Below are positions 8,247 to 12,913 of a stretch of 12,913 nucleotides of DNA, one piece after another. Made by a program: the position numbers and the translations under genes. Source of the DNA: Candidatus Asgardarchaeum abyssi (lineage in GTDB: Archaea; Asgardarchaeota; Asgardarchaeia; Asgardarchaeales; Asgardarchaeaceae); NCBI GenBank assembly GCA_040225955.1, contig JBECUL010000055.1, forward strand, positions 1-12,913. Reading direction: 5' to 3'. The notes under the pieces were generated by a model that was not told the origin of the DNA, ran no database searches, and worked only from the letters and a program-made list of their open reading frames with translations. Position 1 is the first letter of the stretch, and each line of letters starts with the position of its first letter.

Positions 8247-8999
8247 GTGACTAAATATAACTATAGTGACTTTGACACCTTTAAAAATAAAATAATTATT
8301 AATGGTATACTAGTAAATGAATCACCACTTCATATTGGATCAAGTGAAATGGTTGCTTTTGGTCCAGATAATTCTGTATTGAAAATAAAATTCTTGGAGG
8401 AAGCGGATGGAAAACCAAAAGAATTGCTGGTGCCAATAATTCCTGGGTCATCATTAAAAGGTGTTTTTAGATCATATATTGAGCGTATTGCAAAACTAGA
8501 CGATAGTGAACGTGATGACATTTGCATACCACCGAATCTATGTGAGGGTGATAAAGTTTGTCTCGTATGTGGAATCTTTGGTGGGAAATCTATAGCATCG
8601 CATATTAGAATATTAGACGCTGTACCTATTCAGAAGGAAGACGTAAAACTCATAACAATAACAAGAACAAGAATCAATAGAATTACAGGAACTGTTGATA
8701 AAGGAGCTCTTTTTCAAGTTCAAGCAATTGCTCCAGGGACAGAATTTCGTTTCAAGATGATAATTTACAATATTCCAAACTCGAAGGATGACAGTGAAGA
8801 TAAACGCACAAAGTTGATTATTAACTTGCTTGAAGCATTGGTGAATGGTGAAATTTACGTAGGTGGTATGACATCAGTTGGTATGGGACGAATAAGATTA
8901 AAAGATTTAGAGATAAAGTACATAACTTCGGAGGATATTAAAAGCGGACGCAAGCCGAAGTCATACTCATTCGATGAATTTAAGGAGGTGTTTAAATGA
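8247..8999 (+). CDS. csm3: Cas7-group RAMP backbone subunit (Csm3-like)
   Basis: PLHIGS...GPD (candidate catalytic Asp), IPGSSLKGVFRS..E, C..C.IFG, RINR.TG and VGGMTSVGMG. Confidence 0.92.
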   Translation: MTKYNYSDFDTFKNKIIINGILVNESPLHIGSSEMVAFGPDNSVLKIKFLEEADGKPKELLVPIIPGSSLKGVFRSYIERIAKLDDSERDDICIPPNLCEGDKVCLVCGIFGGKSIASHIRILDAVPIQKEDVKLITITRTRINRITGTVDKGALFQVQAIAPGTEFRFKMIIYNIPNSKDDSEDKRTKLIINLLEALVNGEIYVGGMTSVGMGRIRLKDLEIKYITSEDIKSGRKPKSYSFDEFKEVFK

Positions 9000-9832
9000 T
9001 AGGACATGACTATATAGTCACAAGTATCTCAATGAAGGGAGAAATTGTAGCTAAAATGCCGATATATATTGGTAGCGGCCAATCAATCACCAGACCTGCT
9101 GCTGTAGATATGGAGTTTATTAGACTTAGTACTGTTGAAGGAAAGATCTTTCCATACATACCTGGATCTTCAATAAAAGGTGTACTAAGAAGTACATGTG
9201 AGAGAATTATAAAGAGTATAAAAAACCCTCAAATAAGAGCATGTAATATTCCATCAAATTCGTGTATAGATAATGATAAAGAGAAAATAATTAAAGAAAG
9301 TCTCTTGAAGGAACCAGAGGTTGCAAGAAAGATGCTTGAAGAAAATTTGTGTGAAGTATGTAAAATCTTTGGGAATCAAGTGTATTCTTCTCACATGTTG
9401 ATAAATGATGCTATCGGTGTACAATGGAGCTTTGGAATTAGGCCAGGAATAGCAATCAATCGAGAGTATGGCTCGGTAGAGCATGGCCCATTTTTTGTTG
9501 AATATGTTGCTCCTGGAAGTGTGTTTAGTTTTGAAATTTTAGCACGCAATCTGGAACCATATCAACTTGGGTTAATAGCCGCTGCCATTCAAGAAATCAA
9601 TAAAGGACGGATTAAAGTTGGCGGATTAAAATCTAGGGGATTTGGAACTATTGAAATTATCTTTCATGATATTAATTATGAGACTTACGATTCAAGATAT
9701 TCTATTGAGTTGCCAAAATCGCCACCACCAGATGCTAGTATGGATGAATTTAAAACTTTTACAGAGCGTGTATTGGAAATTTTAATATCAAGGTGGGAAA
9801 GTTATGTCAAGGAGAGGAAGCAGACCACTTAA
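8996..9832 (+). CDS. csm3: Cas7-group RAMP backbone subunit (Csm3/Csx7-like)
   Basis: IYIGSG...VD, PYIPGSSIKGVLRS.CE, CEVCKIFG, RPGIAINR and VGGLKSRGFG. Overlaps the upstream gene by ATGA. Confidence 0.92.
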   Translation: MIGHDYIVTSISMKGEIVAKMPIYIGSGQSITRPAAVDMEFIRLSTVEGKIFPYIPGSSIKGVLRSTCERIIKSIKNPQIRACNIPSNSCIDNDKEKIIKESLLKEPEVARKMLEENLCEVCKIFGNQVYSSHMLINDAIGVQWSFGIRPGIAINREYGSVEHGPFFVEYVAPGSVFSFEILARNLEPYQLGLIAAAIQEINKGRIKVGGLKSRGFGTIEIIFHDINYETYDSRYSIELPKSPPPDASMDEFKTFTERVLEILISRWESYVKERKQTT

Positions 9833-10835
9833 ACCAATAGAAAGAGAATTAGTTGATATAGGACCCCTAAATTTATACTCGATGGATAATAAAAGAAGGA
9901 CTTATCATATGAAGTTTAAGATTATACTAGAAAAAGGAAAATATCTCTTTGTCGGGAGTGGAATTTTAAGGAATCAAAAAGCTTTTTCTCAATCTCAGAG
10001 AGAGATCCTTAAGAAAGGCCCATTTGAGAAAATTTTATCACATGTTAATGAGTTATCATTGCTAAATGAATTTTCATTTACTGGCAATAGATATACTATA
10101 CCAGGATCTACTATTAAAGGAGCTATTCGATCTAAACTTGAATTGTGCTTAAGTAGCTCTATATCTTGTTATTCGGTAACTGGTAGGAAAGCTTTTTCTA
10201 GGCAATCTTGGAGACATATAAACCTATTTAAGCCAGATAGACGTCTTGGTGATGAAGCTGTTATTCCAAATGAAAATGAAAAAGAGAATATTATAAGAGG
10301 ACGAGGGAAACTTGATAGAAAGCGAGTATGTATTGTATGCGACTCATTTGGAACTTCTGCTAGAAGTAAAAGATTAGATTATAGAGTTAATGGCTTTTCA
10401 TGGGTGCGTATCAGAATACCCTCCTTAATGTCTAAATTTCTCTTCTCAGATGCTACTCTGAGTGAAGGTAATTCAAATATTCAAGTCTTGTCAATTTTCG
10501 GTAGAATGACTAGAGTTATCTGCGGACCTGCAGTTTTTGAATTTGAGGTTGTTGCAAATAACGTTCTCGAGGAAGAATTAATATTATTTATGCTGGCAAC
10601 AGGTTGTCTTGAGGAAAAGGAAATTTTACTTGGTGCATATAAGTACCGAACTATTAACGGCAAAACGTTTGGGAAGGTCAAATTAAGCCTAGAAGAGATA
10701 AATGAAATAAAAGTTATTGATGGAGTTCCAAAAGAATTCCCTGTTGATATTAATAATCTGAAAAATAAGCTGGTGAGGGTAAAAGAAAATAAAGGGTGGG
10801 GCATGCTTAATGATAGCAAAAAACCTGGATGCTAA
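9804..10835 (+). CDS. Divergent Cas7-group RAMP with insertions (Csm5-like capping subunit)
   Basis: YLFVGSG, IPGSTIKGAIRS.LE, CIVCDSFG, FLFSDA and a degenerate C-terminal loop LLGAYKY...FGKV. Confidence 0.8.
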   Translation: MSRRGSRPLKPIERELVDIGPLNLYSMDNKRRTYHMKFKIILEKGKYLFVGSGILRNQKAFSQSQREILKKGPFEKILSHVNELSLLNEFSFTGNRYTIPGSTIKGAIRSKLELCLSSSISCYSVTGRKAFSRQSWRHINLFKPDRRLGDEAVIPNENEKENIIRGRGKLDRKRVCIVCDSFGTSARSKRLDYRVNGFSWVRIRIPSLMSKFLFSDATLSEGNSNIQVLSIFGRMTRVICGPAVFEFEVVANNVLEEELILFMLATGCLEEKEILLGAYKYRTINGKTFGKVKLSLEEINEIKVIDGVPKEFPVDINNLKNKLVRVKENKGWGMLNDSKKPGC

Positions 10836-11121
10836 ACAAGTGGTGGAGAAAATAGTATCCATTAAGCCAGAATATTTAATGTACGTTGATGTTCTAGGCA
10901 ATGAATTTTTCCTAAGATACGATGAATGGGGTCAGAAATTAGGAATTCTAGGGATTGCTGTGGCTGAATTAAAAATCGTGAAATGGTTACTAGAAGATGA
11001 AGATAAATATACATTACTTGAGGAAACCTTTAAACAAAAAGGTGAATATTACATTCATTCATCTCTATGGGAAAAGCTAAAAGTATCTAAAGATGATAGA
11101 ATACCATTTCCGAAGATATAA
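10810..11121 (+). CDS. Small operon protein, possibly a Csx19-like III-D subunit
   Basis: 103-aa ORF overlapping the last RAMP gene by 26 nt. The identity is inferred from size and position only. Confidence 0.5.
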   Translation: MIAKNLDAKQVVEKIVSIKPEYLMYVDVLGNEFFLRYDEWGQKLGILGIAVAELKIVKWLLEDEDKYTLLEETFKQKGEYYIHSSLWEKLKVSKDDRIPFPKI

Positions 11122-11135
11122 AATGGTTACTGTGC

Positions 11136-12098
11136 ATGGGTGGCATCAAAAATATGGAAGATAAAGAATCTCTAATTTCATGGACATGCCTTAGTATCTT
11201 TAGAGATATAAAGTATTTGCCGTTGGAAGTAAATTTTCTAATTGAGAATAAAATAGAGAAAAGAATAACACCTAAGGATTTTTGGGAGCGGCTATATTAT
11301 AGAATGAAAAATATTATTTCATGTACTGCGGGAGAAGATTGTATTTTATGTGCAAGTAATCCTAATTGTATAGTTGGTAAAATATTCTTTCCTGTTAATA
11401 AAGAAAACCGAAGATCATTGTTGCCACGATTGAGAGTCATTGATGTTCATCAAAGAAAGAAAAATCTTTCCAGCAGTATTATATTATTCGGAGAGTGTTA
11501 TAAGTATCTTTCATATCTATACGCTGCTATGACCTCTATCGATAGGAATCTAAGATTATTAAGAATCACCATTCATAAAGAATTCTCCGAGAAGACCGTA
11601 ACTTTACTGGATAGCTACAAGATAGTTTTAAGTGGGGAAAATCTTATAGAATCTCTGGATTTATTTATCGAAAGGAAAATGAAGAGCATTAATTCAAGGG
11701 ATGAAATTACTATAACTACTAAAACCCCTATTTTAGTAAGAGCCCAATTAGATAATAATCCATATAACATTATTTATTATATAATAAGAAACTCCTTAGG
11801 AAAACTTTTCCTCTTGGTGAACGAAAGAAGTAAAAATAAGTTGATGAAATCGCTAATTAACAAAGAATCTATTACGAACGGAGTTAAGGTTTCCGGGTCT
11901 AATATCAGTGTCAGTAAAAAAAGATTTAAGAGTATAAGGACAGGTAAATCAATTTTCTTTTCATCTATAAGTACGAAACTTAGTTTGATGTTTAAAAATC
12001 AAGTTAAAGAGATTTTAATTCCAATTCTTTTGTCCTCACAAGTAACTGGTATTGGGCGGCTCTCGTCATGGGGATATGGTAATATAAAAATAATTTAA
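11136..12098 (+). CDS. cas6: Cas6 crRNA-processing endoribonuclease with an N-terminal Cys4 cluster
   Basis: C-terminal G-rich loop GIGRLSSWGYG, T.TP motif, and N-terminal C-x4-C-x2-C-x5-C..GKIF seen in Zn-binding Cas6 variants. Alternative ATG at 11154. Confidence 0.85.
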   Translation: MGGIKNMEDKESLISWTCLSIFRDIKYLPLEVNFLIENKIEKRITPKDFWERLYYRMKNIISCTAGEDCILCASNPNCIVGKIFFPVNKENRRSLLPRLRVIDVHQRKKNLSSSIILFGECYKYLSYLYAAMTSIDRNLRLLRITIHKEFSEKTVTLLDSYKIVLSGENLIESLDLFIERKMKSINSRDEITITTKTPILVRAQLDNNPYNIIYYIIRNSLGKLFLLVNERSKNKLMKSLINKESITNGVKVSGSNISVSKKRFKSIRTGKSIFFSSISTKLSLMFKNQVKEILIPILLSSQVTGIGRLSSWGYGNIKII

Positions 12099-12134
12099 CT
12101 TAATTTTATTAACATAATTTTAGAGGGTAGCGTC

Positions 12135-12332
12135 ATGGGTAGACCCTTAAATATTTGGATTGGAGAAGGTGTAAAACAGAAGCTTGAAGAGTTCTGTATA
12201 AAGCATTTTGGCGAACTACTTATGGACAAAATTTATGGAGAAATTGGTAGGTTAGCTATTCTTTATGCGCTGGAGCATGAGAATGATTTTATAAATTACA
12301 TAAAAAACAAAAAGAGGGAATATAATGAGTAA
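12135..12332 (+). CDS. Small ribbon-helix-helix (CopG-like) DNA-binding protein
   Basis: Alternating beta pattern RPLNIWI, then helix EGVKQKLEEFCIKHFG and helix YGEIGRLAILYALE. GAGGGT RBS. Confidence 0.6.
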   Translation: MGRPLNIWIGEGVKQKLEEFCIKHFGELLMDKIYGEIGRLAILYALEHENDFINYIKNKKREYNE

Positions 12333-12494
12333 CATTAATTTTGAAAGTAAGGAGGAAGTAAAAAATATGCTTTTAATAAAATTAGATTTGGCTTAGTTGA
12401 AGCAGAGGTGATGCTAAAAAGGGAGAATGTAAAATACAAAAAGCGTATCGTTGAAGAAAAGAATAAAATTCTTGTAGAACTCGAAATTGAATAG
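12325..12494 (+). pseudogene. Small hypothetical ORF split by a one-base frameshift in an A-run
   Basis: The ATG at 12325 overlaps the RHH stop. Adding one A to the A6 run at 12360-12365 gives MSNINFESKEEVKKYAFNKIRFGLVEAEVMLKRENVKYKKRIVEEKNKILVELEIE* (56 aa). Confidence 0.45.
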
Positions 12495-12527
12495 ATTACC
12501 TATGCATCTGATAATTTTAGATACTAG

Positions 12528-12565
12528 GGCTGTTATCGACGGATAATTACTATCAATAAATAGCC
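12528..12565. repeat. 38-bp imperfect palindrome, possibly a fused IS-end scar or hairpin
   Basis: GGCTGTTATCGACGG-ATAATTA-CTATCAATAAATAGCC. It lies exactly at the 5' breakpoint of the downstream gene fragment. Confidence 0.45.
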
Positions 12566-12747
12566 AGAAATTAGTTTTACATATATCATTTACGTTTTAG
12601 ATTTGATGGAAAATGCAAAACGTAGAGAAATAGACCGAAAGTTTGACTTTTCAGTTTTACTAATGTATAGAGCCTTTGAGATGATTATACAGAGACTTCT
12701 AATCAAATATGGGATGAATCCGAGAGAGCCAGATTTTGAGTACTTTT
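12566..12747 (+). pseudogene. Internal fragment of a TIGR02710-family CRISPR-associated CARF protein
   Basis: EISFTYIIYVLDLMENAKRREIDRKFDFSVLLMYRAFEMIIQRLL matches the family motif DL..NA.RR....YD.A...LYR..E...Q..L. No N-terminal CARF domain lies upstream, and homology ends at the IS-like junction. Confidence 0.7.
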
Positions 12748-12913
12748 CAGTACTTCCGCACTATTTTCGAAATGAGTACGCTCCCTAGACACCAAGATCC
12801 GCCTCAATCCTCCATGAATTTTCAAAATTCCCCAATAAAAAATATTCCGCGCACACACCAAAAAGTCATGTGAAAGCATCGTACGCATCAAATATTAGAA
12901 TAACCAGTAGACA
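12748..12913 (-). mobile_element. End of an insertion sequence (ISH3-family-like), continuing off the window end
   Basis: Begins CAGTACTTCCGCAC (a CAG terminus is typical of the ISH3 family). Base composition shifts here, and a minus-strand frame (...ENSAEVL) runs into this end. The other end is not visible. Confidence 0.45.

Noticed and set aside
6100-10125. Recurring CCWGGR...AAAGG nucleotide motif in four genes
   Set aside because: It encodes the conserved IPGS.(L/I)KG motif of Cas7 paralogs and is not a DNA repeat element.
1287-10901. Antisense ORFs in the track (1287, 1898, 2632, 4375, 5371, 7178, 7979, 8330, 9254, 10481, 10689)
   Set aside because: They are shadows of better-supported genes on the opposite strand and have no recognisable motifs.
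12703-12891. 62-aa minus-strand ORF as an independent gene
   Set aside because: It crosses the putative IS boundary at 12748. At most it is a transposase tail reading through the element end.

Overview
AT-rich, probably archaeal accessory region (GGTGA/GAGGT ribosome-binding sites, BRE/TATA-like promoter). The core (3425-12098, + strand) is a complete type III CRISPR-Cas effector operon with a Sulfolobales-like III-D layout: cas10 (HD+Palm), cas7-like, cas5-like (Csx10-like), cas11, cas7, cas7, cas7-like with insertions, a small Csx19-like gene and cas6. A TM1812-type Csx1 (CARF-HEPN) is transcribed divergently. I see no CRISPR array and no cas1/cas2 in the window. Cas10 has an intact-looking HD domain but reads DGDD instead of GGDD in Palm2. 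The flanks are heavily scarred by mobile DNA. An MNT-HepT toxin-antitoxin pair has both genes knocked out: MNT by an IS1-like end, and hepT by a precise 240-bp non-coding insertion that looks like a self-contained TnpB omega-RNA-type guide cassette with its own promoter. There is also a 96-bp MITE sharing the IS1-like end, a 2-TM orphan ORF between csx1 and cas10, an RHH gene, a frameshifted small ORF, and a fragment of a TIGR02710-type CARF gene caught between two IS-like ends. All family assignments come from motif recognition by eye; no database search was run.
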